The notes beneath the pieces were generated by a model. It was not told the origin of the DNA, ran no database searches, and saw only the letters and a list, made by a program, of their open reading frames with translations. A stretch of DNA of 64,000 nt, from NCBI GenBank assembly GCA_964016885.1, contig OZ024740.1, positions 158,658,001 to 158,722,000 of the forward strand, written 5' to 3'. Positions 1-18,000 of this stretch are shown in pieces (position 1 is the first letter of the stretch; the number at the start of each line of letters is the position of its first letter). This stretch comes from Eledone cirrhosa (Eukaryota). A program made the position numbers and the translations under genes.

Positions 1-3000
1 AAACCAGCAACAACACTACCAACAACCACCACACCACCAACAACACTACCAACAACCACCACACCAGCAACAACACTACCAACAACCACCACACCACCAA
101 CAACACTACCAACAACCACCACACCAGCAACAACACTACCAACAACCACCACACCACCAACAACACTACCAACAACCACCACACCACCAACAACACTACC
201 AACAACCACCACACCACCAACAACACTACCAACAACCACCACACCACCAACAACACTACCAACAACCACCACACCACCAACAACACTACCAACAACCACC
301 ACACCAGCAACAACACTACCAACAACCACCACACCACCAACAACACTACCAACAACCACCACACCACCAACAACACTACCAACAACCACCACACCACCAA
401 CAACACTACCAACAACCACCACACCACCAACAACACTACCAACAACCACCACACCACCAACAACACTACCAACAACCACCACACCACCAACAACACTACC
501 AACAACCACCACACCACCAACAACACTACCAACAACCACCACACCACCAACAACACTACCAACAACCACCACACCAGCAACAACACTACCAACAACCACC
601 ACACCACCAACAACACTACCAACAACCACCACACCACCAACAACACTACCAACAACCACCACACCACCAACAACACTACCAACAACCACCACACCACCAA
701 CAACACTACCAACAACCACCACACCACCAACAACACTACCAACAACCACCACACCACCAACAACACTACCAACAACCACCACACCAGCAACAACACTACC
801 AACAACCACCACACCACCAGCAACACTACCAACAACCACCACACCAGCAACATCACTACCAACAACCACCACACCACCAACAACACTACCAACAACCACC
901 ACACTAACAACAACACTACCAAATACCACCACACCACCAACAACACTACCAACAACCACCACACCAGCAACAACACTACCAACAACCACCACACCAGCAA
1001 CAAGACTACCAACAACCACCACACCAGCAACAACACTACCAACAACCACCACACCAGCAACAACACTACCAACGACCACCACACCAGCAACAACACTACC
1101 AACAACCACCACACCACCAACAAGACTACCAACAACCACCACACCACCAACAACGCTACCAACAACCACCACACCAACAACAACACTACCAACAACCACC
1201 ACACCAACAACAACACTACCAACAACCACCACACCAACAACAACACTACCAACAACCACCACACCAACAACAACACTACCAACAACCACCACACCAGCAA
1301 CAACACTACCAACAACCACCACACCAGCAACAACACTACCAACAACCACCACACCACCAACAAGACTACCAACAACCACCACACCACCAACAACGCTACC
1401 AACAACCACCACACCAACAACAACACTACCAACAACCACCACACCAACAACAACACTACCAACAACCACCACACCAACAACAACACTACCAACAACCACC
1501 ACACCAGCAACAACACTACCAACGACCACCACACCAGCAACAACACTACCAACAACCACCACACCACCAACAACACTACCAACAGCCACCACACCAGCAA
1601 CAACACTACCAACAACCACCACACCACCAGCAACACTACCAACAACCACCACACCACCAACAACACTACCAACAACCACCACACCACCAACAACACTACC
1701 AACAACCACCACACCAGCAACACTACCAACAGCCACCACACCACCAACAACACTACCAACAACCACCACACCAACAACACTACCAACAACCACCACACCA
1801 CCAACAACACTACCAACAACCACCACACCAGCAACACTACCAACAGCCACCACACCACCAACAACACTACCAACAACCACCACACCAACAACACTACCAA
1901 CAACCACCACACCACCAACAACACTACCAACGACCACCACACCAGCAACAACACTACCAACAGCCACCACACCACCAACAACACTACCAACAACCACCAC
2001 ACCACCAACAACACTACCAACCACCACCACACCAACAACACTACCAACAACCACCACACCACCAACAACACTACCAACAACCACCACACCAACAAACTAC
2101 CAACAACCACCACACCACCAACAACACTACCAACAGCCACCACACCACCAACAACACTACCAACAACCACCACACCACCAACAACACTACCAACAACCAC
2201 CACACCAGCAACAACACTACCAACAGCCACCACACCACCAACAACACTACCAACAACCACCACACCAGCAACAACACTACCAACAACCACCACACCACCA
2301 ACAACCAGCACACCAGCAACAACACTACCAACAACCACCACACCACCAACAACACTACCAACAACCACCACACCAGCAACAACACTACCAACAACCACCA
2401 CACCAGCAACAACACTACCAACAGCCACCACACCACCAACAACACTACCAACAACCACCACACCAGCAACAACACTACCAACAACCACCACACCACCAAC
2501 AACACTACCAACAACCACCACACCAGCAACAACACTACCAACAACCACCACACCACCAACAACACTACCAACGACCACCACACCAGCAACAACACTACCA
2601 ACAGCCACCACACCACCAACAACACTACCAACAACCACCACACCAACAACAACACTACCAACAACCACCACACCAGCAACAACACTACCAACAACCACCA
2701 CACCAGCAACAACACTACCAACAGCCACCACACCAGCAACAACACTACCAACAACCACCACACCAACAACAACACTACCAACAACCACCACACCACCAAC
2801 AACACTACCAACAACCACCACACCAGCAACAACACTACCAACAGCCACCACACCACCAACAACACTACCAACAACCACCACACCACCAACAACACTACCA
2901 ACAACCACCACACCACCAACAAGACTACCAACAACCACCACACCACCAACAACACTACCAACAACCACCACACCAGCAACACTACCAACAACCACCATAC

Positions 3001-6000
3001 CACCAACCACCACACCACCAACAACACTACCAACAACCACCACACCAGCAACACTACCAACAACCACCACACCACCAACCACCACACCACCAACAACACT
3101 ACCAACAACCACCACACCAGCAACACTACCAACAACCACCACACCAACAACAACACTACCAACAACCACCACACCACCAACAACACTACCAACAACCACC
3201 ACACCACCAACAACACTACCAACGACCACCACACCAGCAACAACACTACCAACAGCCACCACACCACCAACAACACTACCAACAACCACCACACCAACAA
3301 CAACACTACCAACAACCACCACACCAGCAACAACACTACCAACAACCACCACACCAGCAACAACACTACCAACAGCCACCACACCAGCAACAACACTACC
3401 AACAACCACCACACCAACAACAACACTACCAACAACCACCACACCACCAACAACACTACCAACAACCACCACACCAGCAACAACACTACCAACAGCCACC
3501 ACACCACCAACAACACTACCAACAACCACCACACCACCAACAACACTACCAACAACCACCACACCACCAACAAGACTACCAACAACCACCACACCACCAA
3601 CAACACTACCAACAACCACCACACCAGCAACACTACCAACAACCACCATACCACCAACCACCACACCACCAACAACACTACCAACAACCACCACACCAGC
3701 AACACTACCAACAACCACCATACCACCAACCACCACACCACCAACAACACTACCAACAACCACCACACCAGCAACACTACCAACAACCACCACACCAACA
3801 ACAACACTACCAACAACCACCACACCACCAACAACACTACCAACAACCACCACACCACCAACAACACTACCAACAACCACCACACCACCAACAACACTAC
3901 CAACAACCACCACACCAACAGAACTACCAACAACCACCACACCACCAACAACACTACCAACAACCACCACACCAGCAACAACACTACCAACAGCCACCAC
4001 ACCACCAACAACACTACCAACAACCACCACACCACCAACAACACTACCAACAACCACCACACCAACAACACTACCAACAACCACCACACCACCAACAACA
4101 CTACCAACAACCACCACACCAGCAACAACACTACCAACATCCACCACACCAGCAACAACACTACCAATAACCACCACACCACCAACAACACTACCAACAA
4201 CCACCACACCAACAACAACACTACCAACAGCCACTACACCAGCAACAACACTACCAACAGCCACCACACCACCAACAACACTACCAACAACCACCACACC
4301 ACCAACAACACTACCAACAACCACCACACCACCAACAACACTACCAACAGCCACCACACCACCAACAACACTACCAACAACCACCACACCACCAACAACA
4401 CTACCAACAACCACCACACCAGCAACAACACTACCAACAACCACCACACCACCAACAACACTACCAACAACCACCACACCAGCAACAACACTACCAACAA
4501 CCACCACACCAGCAACAACACTACCAACAACCACCACACCACCAACAACACTACCAACAACCACCACACCACCAACAACACTACCAACAACCACCACACC
4601 AGCAACAACACTACCAACAACCACCACACCAGCAACAACACTACCAACAACCACCACACCACCAACAACACTACCAACAACCACCACACCACCAACAACA
4701 CTACCAACAACCACCACACCAGCAACAACACTACCAACAACCACCACACCACCAACAACACTACCAACAACCACCACACCAGCAACAACACTACCAACAA
4801 CCACCACACCAGCAACAACACTACCAACAACCACCACACCAGCAACAACACTACCAACAACCACCACACCAGCAACAACACTACCAACAACCACCACACC
4901 ACCAACAACACTACCAACAACCACCACACCAGCAACACTACCAACAACCACCACACCACCAACAACACTACCAACATCCACCACACCAACAACACTACCA
5001 ACAACCACCACACCACCAACAACACTACCAACAACCACCACACCACCAACAACACTACCAACAGCCACCACACCACCAACAACACTACCAACAACCACCA
5101 CACCACCAACAACACTACCAACAACCACCACACCAGCAACAACACTACCAACAACCACCACACCAGCAACAACACTACCAACAGCCACCACACCAGCAAC
5201 AACACTACCAACAACCACCACACCACCAACAACACTACCAACAACCACCACACCAGCAACAACACTACCAACAACCACCACACCAGCAACAACACTACCA
5301 ACAGCCACCACACCACCAACAACACTACCAACAACCACCACACCAGCAACAACACTACCAACAACCACCACACCACCAACAACACTACCAACAACCACCA
5401 CACCACCAACAACACTACCAACAACCACCACACCACCAACAACACTACCAACGACCACCACACCAGCAACAACACTACCAACAGCCACCACACCACCAAC
5501 AACACTACCAACAACCACCACACCAACAACAACACTACCAACCACCACCACACCAACAACAACACTACCAACAACCACCACACCAGCAACAACACTACCA
5601 ACAACCACCACACCAGCAACAACACTACCAACAGCCACCACACCACTAACAACACTACCAACAACCACCACACCAACAACAACACTACCAACCACCACCA
5701 CACCAACAACAACACTACCAACAACCACCACACCAGCAACAACACTACCAACAACCACCACACCACCAACAACACTACCAACAACCACCACACCAACAAC
5801 AACACTACCAACAACCGCCACACCAGCAACAACACTACCAACCACCACCACACCAACAACAACACTACCAACAACCACCACACCAGCAACAACACTACCA
5901 ACAACCACCACACCAGCAACAACACTACCAACAGCCACCACACCACTAACAACACTACCAACAACCACCACACCAACAACAACACTACCAACCACCACCA

Positions 6001-9000
6001 CACCAACAACAACACTACCAACAACCACCACACCAGCAACAACACTACCAACAACCACCACACCACCAACAACACTACCAACAACCACCACACCACCAAC
6101 AACACTACCAACAACCACCACACCACCAACAACACTACCAACAACCACCACACCACCAACAACACTACCAACGACCACCACACCAGCAACAACACTACCA
6201 ACAGCCACCACACCACCAACAACACTACCAACAACCACCACACCACCAACAACACTACCAACCACCACCACACCAACAACACTACCAACAACCACCACAC
6301 CACCAACAACACTACCAACAACCACCACACCAGCAACAACACTACCAACAACCACCACACCACCAACAACACTACCAACAACCACCACACCACCAACAAC
6401 ACTACCAACAACCACCACACCAACAACACTACCAACAACCACCACACCACCAACAACACTACCAACAGCCACCACACTACCAGCCACCACACCACCAACA
6501 ACACTACCAACAACCACCACACCACCAACAACACTACCAACAGCCACCACACCACCAACACTACCTACAGCCACCACACCACCAACAACCACCACACCAC
6601 CAACAACACTACCAACAACCACCACACCAGCAACAACACTACCAACAACCACCACACCAGCAACAACACTACCAACAACCACCACACCAGCAACAACACT
6701 ACTAACAACCACCACACCAGCAACAACACTACCAAAAACCACCACACCACCAACAACACTACCAACAACCACCACACCAGCAACAACACTACCAACAACC
6801 ACCACACCAGCAACAACACTACCAACAACCACCACACCACCAACAACACTACCACCAACAACACTACCAACAACACTACCAACAACCACCACACCACCAA
6901 CAACACTACCAACAACCACCACACCACCAACAACACTACCAACAACCACCACACCAGCAACAACACTACCAACAACCACCACACCACCAACAACACTACC
7001 ACCAACAACACCACCAACAACACTACCAACAACCACCACACCAACAACAACACTACCAACAACCACCACACCAGCAACAACACTACCAACAACCACCACA
7101 CCACCAACAACACTACCACCAACCACCACACCACCAACAACACTACCAACAACCACCACACCACCAACAATACTACCAACAACCACCACACCACCAACAA
7201 CACTACCAACAACCACCACACCAGCAACAACACTACCAACAACCACCACACCACCAACAACACTACCAACAACCACCACACCAGCAACAACACTACCAAC
7301 AACCACCACACCACCAACAACACTACCAACAACCACCACACCACCAACAACACTACCAACAACCACCACACCAGCAACAACACTACCAACAACCACCACA
7401 CCACCAACAACACTACCAACAACCACCACACCACCAACAACACTACCAACAAGCACCACACCACCAACAACACTACCAACAACCACCACACCAGCAACAA
7501 CACTACTAACAACCACCACACCACCAACAACACTACCAACAACCACCACACCACCAACAACACTACCAACAACCACCACACCAACAACAACACTACCAAC
7601 AGCGACCACACCACCAACAACACTACCAAATACCACCACACCAATAACAACACTACCAACAACCACCACACCAGCAACAACACTACCAACAACCACCACA
7701 CCAGCAACAACACTACCAACAACCACCACACCAGCAACAACACTACCAACAACCACCACACCACCAACAACACTACTAACAACCACCACACCAGCAACAC
7801 CACTACCAACAACCACCACACCAGCAACAACACTACCAACAACCACCACACCACCAACAACACTACCAACAACCACCACACCAGCAACAACACTACCAAC
7901 AACCACCACACCAGCAACAACACTACCAACAACCACCACACCACCAACAACACTACCAACAACCACCACACCACCAACAACACTACCAACAACCACCACA
8001 CCAACAACAACACTACCTACAACCACCACACCAGCAACAACACTACCAACAACCACCACACCACCAACAACACTACCAACAAGCACCACACCAACAACAA
8101 CACTACCAACAGCCACCACACCAGCAACAACACTACGAACAACCACCACACCAGCAACAACACTACGAACAACCACCACACCAGCAACAACACTACCAAC
8201 AACCAGCACACCACCAGCAACACTACCAACAACCACCACACCACCAACAACACTACGAACAACCACCACACCAGCAACAACACTACCAACAACCACCACA
8301 CCAGCAACAACACTACCAACAACACTACCAACAACCACCACACCAGCAACATCACTACCAACAAGCACCACACCAACAACAACACTACCAACAACCACCA
8401 CACCACCAACATCACTACCAACAAGCACCACACCAACAACAACACTACCAACAGCCACCACACCAGCAACAACACTACGAACAACCACCACACCAGCAAC
8501 AACACTACCAACAACCACCACACCACCAGCAACACTACCAACAACCACCACACCACCAACAACACTACGAACAACCACCACACCAGCAACAACACTACCA
8601 ACAACCACCACACCAGCAACAACACTACCAACAACCACCACACCAGCAACAACACTACCAACAACAACACTACCAACAACCACCACACCACCAACAACAC
8701 TACCAACAGCCACCACACCAGCAACAACACTACCAACAACCACCGCACCACCAACAACACTACTAACAACCACCACACCAGCAACACCACTACCAACAAC
8801 CACCACACCAGCAACAACACTACCAACAACCACCACACCACCAACAACACTACCAACAACCACCACACCACCAACAACACTACCAACAACCACCACACCA
8901 CCAACAACACTACCAACAACCACCGCACCACCAACAACACTACTAACAACCACCACACCAGCAACACCACTACCAACAACCACCACACCAGCAACAACAC

Positions 9001-12000
9001 TACCAACAACCACCACACCACCAACAACACTACCAACAACCACCACACCACCAACAACACTACCAACAACCACCACACCAACAACAACACTACCAACAAC
9101 CACCACACCACCAACAACACTACCAACAGCCACCACACCACCAACAACCACCACACCACCAACAACACTACCAACAACCACCACACCACCAACAACACTA
9201 CCAACAACCACCACACCACCAACAACACTACCAACAGCCACCACACCACCAACAACACTACCAACAACCACCACACCACCAACAACACTACCAACAACCA
9301 CCACACCAGCAACGACACTACCAACAACCACCACACCAGCAACAACACTACCAACAACCACCACACCACCAACAACACTACCAACAACCACCACACCACC
9401 AACAACACTACCAACAACCACCACACCACCAACAACACTACCAACAACCACCACACCACCAACAACCACCACACCACCAACAACACTACCAACAACCACC
9501 ACACCAGCAACGACACTACCAACAACCACCACACCAGCAACAACACTACCAACAACCACCACACCACCAACAACACTACCAACAACCACCACACCACCAA
9601 CAACACTACCAACAACCACCACACCACCAACAAGACTACCAACAACCACCACACCACCAACAACACTACCAACAACCACCACACCAACAACAACACTACC
9701 AACAACCACCACACCAACAACAACACTACCAACAACCACCACACCAACAACAACACTACCAACAACCACCACACCAGCAACAACACTACCAACAACCACC
9801 ACACCACCAACAACACTACCAACAACCACCACACCAACAACACTACCAACAACCACCACACCAGCAACACTACCAACAACCACCACACCAACAATGACAC
9901 TACCAACAGCCACCACACCAACAACAACACTACCAACGACCACCACACCAGCAACAACACTACCAACAACCACCACACCACCAACAACACTACCAACAAC
10001 CACCACACCACCAACAACACTACCAACAACCACAACACCACCAACAACACTACCAACAACCACCACACCACCAACAACACTACCAACAACCACCACACCA
10101 CCAACAACACTACCAACAACCACCACACCAGCAACAACAATACCAACAACCACCACACCAGCAACAACACTACCAACAACCACCACACCAGCAACAAAAC
10201 TACCAACAGCCACCACACCAGCAACAACACTACCAACAACCACCACACCAGCAACAACAATACCAACAACCACCACACCAGCAACAACACTACCAACAAC
10301 CACCACACCAGCAACAACACTACCAACAACCACCACACCAGCAACAACATTACCAACAACCACCACACCAGCAACAACACTACCAACAACCACCACACCA
10401 GCAACAACACTACCAACAACCACCACACCACCAACAACACTACCAACAAGCACCACACCACCAACAACACTACCAACAACCACCACACCACCAACAACAC
10501 TACCAACAACCACCACACCACCAACCACCACACCACCAACAACACTACCAACAAGCACCACACCACCAACAACACTACCAACAAGCACCACACCACCAAA
10601 AACACTACCAACAACCACCACACCACCAACAACACTACCAACAACCACCACACCACCAACAACACTACCAACAGCCACCACACCACCAACACTACCTACA
10701 GCCACCACACCACCAACAACCACCACACCACCAACAACACTACCAACAACCACCACACCACTAACAACACTACCAACAACCACCACACCAGCAACAACAC
10801 TACCAACAACCACCACACCAGCAACAACACTACCAACAACCACCACACCACCAACAACACTACCAACAAGCACCACACCACCAACAACACTACCAACAAC
10901 CACCACACCACCAACAACACTACCAACAACCACCACACCACCAACAACACTACCAACAACCACCACACCACCAACCACCACACCACCAACAACACTACCA
11001 ACAAGCACCACACCACCAACAACACTACCAACAAGCACCACACCACCAAAAACACTACCAACAACCACCACACCACCAACAACACTACCAACAACCACCA
11101 CACCACCAACAACACTACCAACAACCACCACACCACCAACAATACTACCAACAACCACCACACCACCAACAACACTACCTACAACCACCACACTAGCAAC
11201 AACACTACCAACAACCACCACTCCACCAACAACACTACCAACAACCACCAGACCACCAACAACCACCAACCACCACACCACCAACAACACTACCAACAAC
11301 CACCACACCACCAACAACACTACCAACAACCACCACACCACCAACAACACTACCAACAACCACCACACCACCAACAACACTACTAACAACCACCACACCA
11401 CCAACAACACTACCAACAACCACCACACCACCAACAACACTACTAACAACCACCACACCACCAACAACACTACCAACAACACTACCAACAACCACCACAC
11501 CACCAACATCACTACCAACAGCCACCACACCACCAACAACACTACCAAATACCACCACACCAATAACAACACTACCAACAACCACCACACCAGCAACAAC
11601 ACTACCAACAACCACCACACCAGCAACAACACTACCAACAACCACCACACCAGCAACAACACTACCAACAGCCACCACACCAACAACAACACTACCAACA
11701 ACCACCACACCACCAACAACACTACCAACAACCACCACACCAGCAACAACACTACCAACAACCACCACACCAACAACAACACTACCAACAACCACCACAC
11801 CAACAACAACACTACCAACAACCACCACACCAACAACAACACTACCAACAACCACCACACCAGCAACAACACTACCAACGACCACCACACCAGCAACAAC
11901 ACTACCAACAGCCACCACACCAGCAACAACACTACCAACAACTACCACACCAGCAACAACACTACCAACCACCACCACACCACCAACACTACCAACAACC

Positions 12001-15000
12001 ACCACACCACCAACAACACTACCAACAGCCACCACACCACCAACAACACTACCAACAACCACCACACCACCAACAACACTACCAACAGCCACCACACCAC
12101 CAACAACACTACCAACAACCACCACACCACCAACAACACTACCAACAACCACCACACCAGCAACAACACTACCAACAACCACCACACCAGCAACAACATT
12201 ACCAACAACCACCACACCAGCAACAACACTACCAACAACTACCACACCAGCAACACTACCAACAACCACCACACCACCAACAACACTACCAACAACCACC
12301 ACACCAACAACACTACCAACAACCACCACACCAACAACAACACTACCAACAACCACCACACCACCAACAACACTACCAACGACCACCACACCATCAACAA
12401 CACTGCCAACAACCACCACACCAGCAACAACACTACCAACAACTACCACACCAGCAACACTACCAACAACCACCACACCAGAAACAACACTACCAACAAC
12501 CACCACACCAGAAACAACACTACCAACAACCACCACACCAGCAACAACACTACCAACAACCACCACACCACCAACAAAACTACCAACAACCACCACACCA
12601 GCAACAACACTACCAACAACCACCACACCACCAACAACACTACCAACAACCACCACACCAACAACACTACCAACAACCACCACACCACCAACAACACTAC
12701 CAACAACCACCACACCACCAACAACACTACCAACAACCACCACACCACCAACAACACTACCAACAACCACCACACCACCAACAACACTACCAACAACCAC
12801 CACACCACCAACAACCACACCACCAACAACACTACCAACAACCACCACACCAACAACACTACCAACAACCACCACACCAACAACAACACTACCAACAACC
12901 ACCACACCAACAACAACACTACCAACAACCACCACACCAACAACAACACTACCAACAACCACCACACCACCAACAAGACTACCAACAACCACCACACCAG
13001 CAACAACACTACCAACAACCACCACACCACCAACAAGACTACCAACAACCACCACACCAGCAACAACACTACCAACAACCACCACACCAGCAACAACACT
13101 ACCAACAACCACCACACCACCAACAAAACTACCAACAACCACCACACCAGCAACAACACTACCAACAACCACCACACCACCAACAACACTACCAACAACC
13201 ACCACACCAACAACACTACCAACAACCACCACACCACCAACAACACTACCAACAGCCACCACACCACCAACCACCACACCACCAACAACACTACCAACAA
13301 CCACCACACCACCAACAACACTACCAACAACCACCACACCACCAACAACACTACCAACAGCCACCACACCACCAACACTACCTACAGCCACCACACCACC
13401 AACAACCACCACACCACCAACAACACTACCAACAACCACCACACCACCAACAACACTACCAACAACCACCACACCAGCAACAACACTACCAACAACCACC
13501 ACACCAGCAACAACACTACCAACAACAACACTACCAACAACCACCACACCACCAACAACACTACCAACAACCACCACACCACCAACAACACTACCAACAA
13601 CCACCACACCACCAACAACACTACCAACAAGCACCACACCAACAACAACACTACCAACAACCACCACACCACCAACAACACTACCAACAACCACCACACC
13701 ACCAACCACCACACCACCAACAACACTACCAACAAGCACCACACCACCAACAACACTACCAACAACCACCACACCACCAACAACACTACCAACAACCACC
13801 ACACCAGCAACAACACTACCAACAACCACCACACCAGCAACAACACTACCAACAACCACCACACCACCAACAACACTACCAACAACCACCACACCACCAA
13901 CAACACTACCAACAACCACCACACCACCAACAACACTACCAACAACCACCACACCAACAACAACACTACCAACAACCACCACACCACCAGCAACACTACC
14001 AACGACCACCACACCATCAACAACACTGCCAACAACCACCACACCAGCAACAACACTACCAACAACCACCACACCACCAACAACACTACCAACAACCACC
14101 ACACCACCAACAACACTACCAACAACCACCACACCACCAGCAACACTACCAACGACCACCACACCATCAACAACACTACCAACAACTACCACACCAGCAA
14201 CACTACCAACAACCACCACACCAGAAACAACACTACCAACAACCACCACACCAGAAACAACACTACCAACAACCACCACACCAGCAACAACACTACCAAC
14301 AACCACCACACCACCAACAAAACTACCAACAACCACCACACCAGCAACAACACTACCAACAACTACCACACCAGCAACACTACCAACAACCACCACACCA
14401 GAAACAACACTACCAACAACCACCACACCAGAAACAACACTACCAACAACCACCACACCAGCAACAACACTACCAACAACCACCACACCACCAACAAAAC
14501 TACCAACAACCACCACACCAGCAACAACACTACCAACAACCACCACACCACCAACAACACTACCAACAACCACCACACCAACAACACTACCAACAACCAC
14601 CACACCACCAACAACACTACCAACAACCACCACACCACCAACAACACTACCAACAACCACCACACCACCAACAACACTACCAACAACCACCACACCACCA
14701 ACAACACTACCAACAACCACCACACCACCAACAACACTACCAACAACCACCACACCAACAACACTACCAACAACCACCACACCAACAACAACACTACCAA
14801 CAACCACCACACCAACAACAACACTACCAACAACCACCACACCACCAACAAGACTACCAACAACCACCACACCAGCAACAACACTACCAACAACCACCAC
14901 ACCACCAACAACACTACCAACAACCACCACACCAACAACACTACCAACAACACTACCAACAACCACCACACCACCAACAACACTACCAACAGCCACCACA

Positions 15001-18000
15001 CCACCAACCACCACACCACCAACAACACTACCAACAACCACCACACCACCAACAACACTACCAACAGCCACCACACCACCAACACTACCTACAGCCACCA
15101 CACCACCAACAACCACCACACCACCAACAACACTACCAACAACCACCACACCACCAACAACACTACCAACAACCACCACACCAGCAACAACACTACCAAC
15201 AACCACCACACCAGCAACAACACTACCAACAACAACACTACCAACAACCACCACACCACCAACAACACTACCAACAACCACCACACCACCAACAACACTA
15301 CCAACAACCACCACACCACCAACAACACTACCAACAAGCACCACACCAACAACAACACTACCAACAACCACCACACCACCAACAACACTACCAACAACCA
15401 CCACACCACCAACCACCACACCACCACCAACAAGCACCACACCACCAACAACACTACCAACAAGCACCACACCACCAACAACACTACCAACAACCACCAC
15501 ACCACCAACAACACTACCAACAACCACCACACCACCAACCACCACACCACCAACAACACTACCAACAACCACCACACCACCAACAATACTACCAACAACC
15601 ACCACACCACCAACAACACTACCAACAACCACCACACCAGCAACAACACTACCAACAACCACCACACCACCAACAACACTACCAACAACCACCACACCAA
15701 CAACACTACCAACAACCACCACACCACCACCAACACTACCAACAACCACCACACCACCAACAAGACTACCAACAACCACCACACCACCAACAACACTACC
15801 AACAACCACCACACCAACAACAACACTACCAACAACCACCACACCAGCAACAACACTACCAACAACCACCACACCAGCAACAACACTACCAACAACCACC
15901 ACACCAGCAACAACACTACCAACAACCACCACACCACCAACAACACTACCAACAACCACCACACCAGCAACAACACTACCAACAACCACCACACCACCAA
16001 CAACACTACTAACAACCACCACACCACCAACAACACTACCAACAACCACCACACCACCAACATCACTACCAACAGCCACCACACCACAAACAACACTACC
16101 AACAGCCACCACACCACCAACAACACTACCAACAACCACCACACCACCAACAACACTACCAACAACCACCACACCAGCAACAACACTACCAACAACCACC
16201 TCACCAGCAACAACACTACCAACAACCACCACACCAGCAACAACACTACCAACAACCACCACACCAACAACAACACTACCAACAGCCACCACACCACCAA
16301 CAACACTACCAACAACCACCACACCAACAACAACACTACCAACAACCACCACACCAGCAACAACACTACCAACAACCACCTCACCAGCAACAACACTACC
16401 AACAGCCACCACAACAGCAACAACACTACCAACAGCCACTACACCACCAACAACACTACCAACAACCACCACACCAACAACACTACCAACAACCACCACA
16501 CCACCAACAACACTACCAACAACCACCACACCACCAGCAACACTACCAACAACCACCACACCAGCAACAACACTACCAACAACCACCACACCACCAACAA
16601 CACTACCAACAACCACCACACCACCAACAACACTACCAACAACCACCACACCACCAACAACACTACCAACAGCCACCACACCAACAACACTACCAACAAC
16701 CACCACACCACCAACAGCACTACCAACAACCACCACACCAGCAACAACACTACCAACAACTACCACACCAGCAACAACACTACCAACAGCCACCACACCA
16801 CCAACAACACTACCAACAACCACCACACCAACAACAACACTACCAACAACCACCACACCACCAACAACACTACCAACAACCACCACACCAGCAACACTAC
16901 CAACAACCACCACACCACCAACAACACTACCAACAACCACCACACCAGCAACAACACTACCAACAACCACCACACCACCAACAACACTACCAACAACCAC
17001 CACACCACCAACAACACTACCAACAACCACCACACCACCAACATCACTACCAACAGCCACCACACCACCAACAACACTACCAACAGCCACCACACCACCA
17101 ACAACACTACCAACAACCACCACACCACCAACAACACTACCAACAACCACCACACCAGCAACAACACTACCAACAACCACCTCACCAGCAACAACACTAC
17201 CAACAACCACCACACCAGCAACAACACTACCAACAACCACCACACCAACAACAACACTACCAACAGCCACCACACCACCAACAACACTACCAACAACCAC
17301 CACACCAACAACAACACTACCAACAACCACCACACCAGCAACAACACTACCAACAACCACCTCACCAGCAACAACACTACCAACAGCCACCACAACAGCA
17401 ACAACACTACCAACAGCCACTACACCACCAACAACACTACCAACAACCACCACACCAACAACACTACCAACAACCACCACACCACCAACAACACTACCAA
17501 CAACCACCACACCACCAGCAACACTACCAACAACCACCACACCAGCAACAACACTACCAACAACCACCACACCACCAACAACACTACCAACAACCACCAC
17601 ACCACCAACAACACTACCAACAACCACCACACCACCAACAACACTACCAACAGCCACCACACCAACAACACTACCAACAACCACCACACCACCAACAGCA
17701 CTACCAACAACCACCACACCAGCAACAACACTACCAACAACTACCACACCAGCAACAACACTACCAACAGCCACCACACCACCAACAACACTACCAACAA
17801 CCACCACACCAACAACAACACTACCAACAACCACCACACCACCAACAACACTACCAACAACCACCACACCAGCAACACTACCAACAACCACCACACCACC
17901 AACAACACTACCAACAACCACCACACCAGCAACAACACTACCAACAACCACCACACCACCAACAACACTACCAACAACCACCACACCACCAACAACACTA

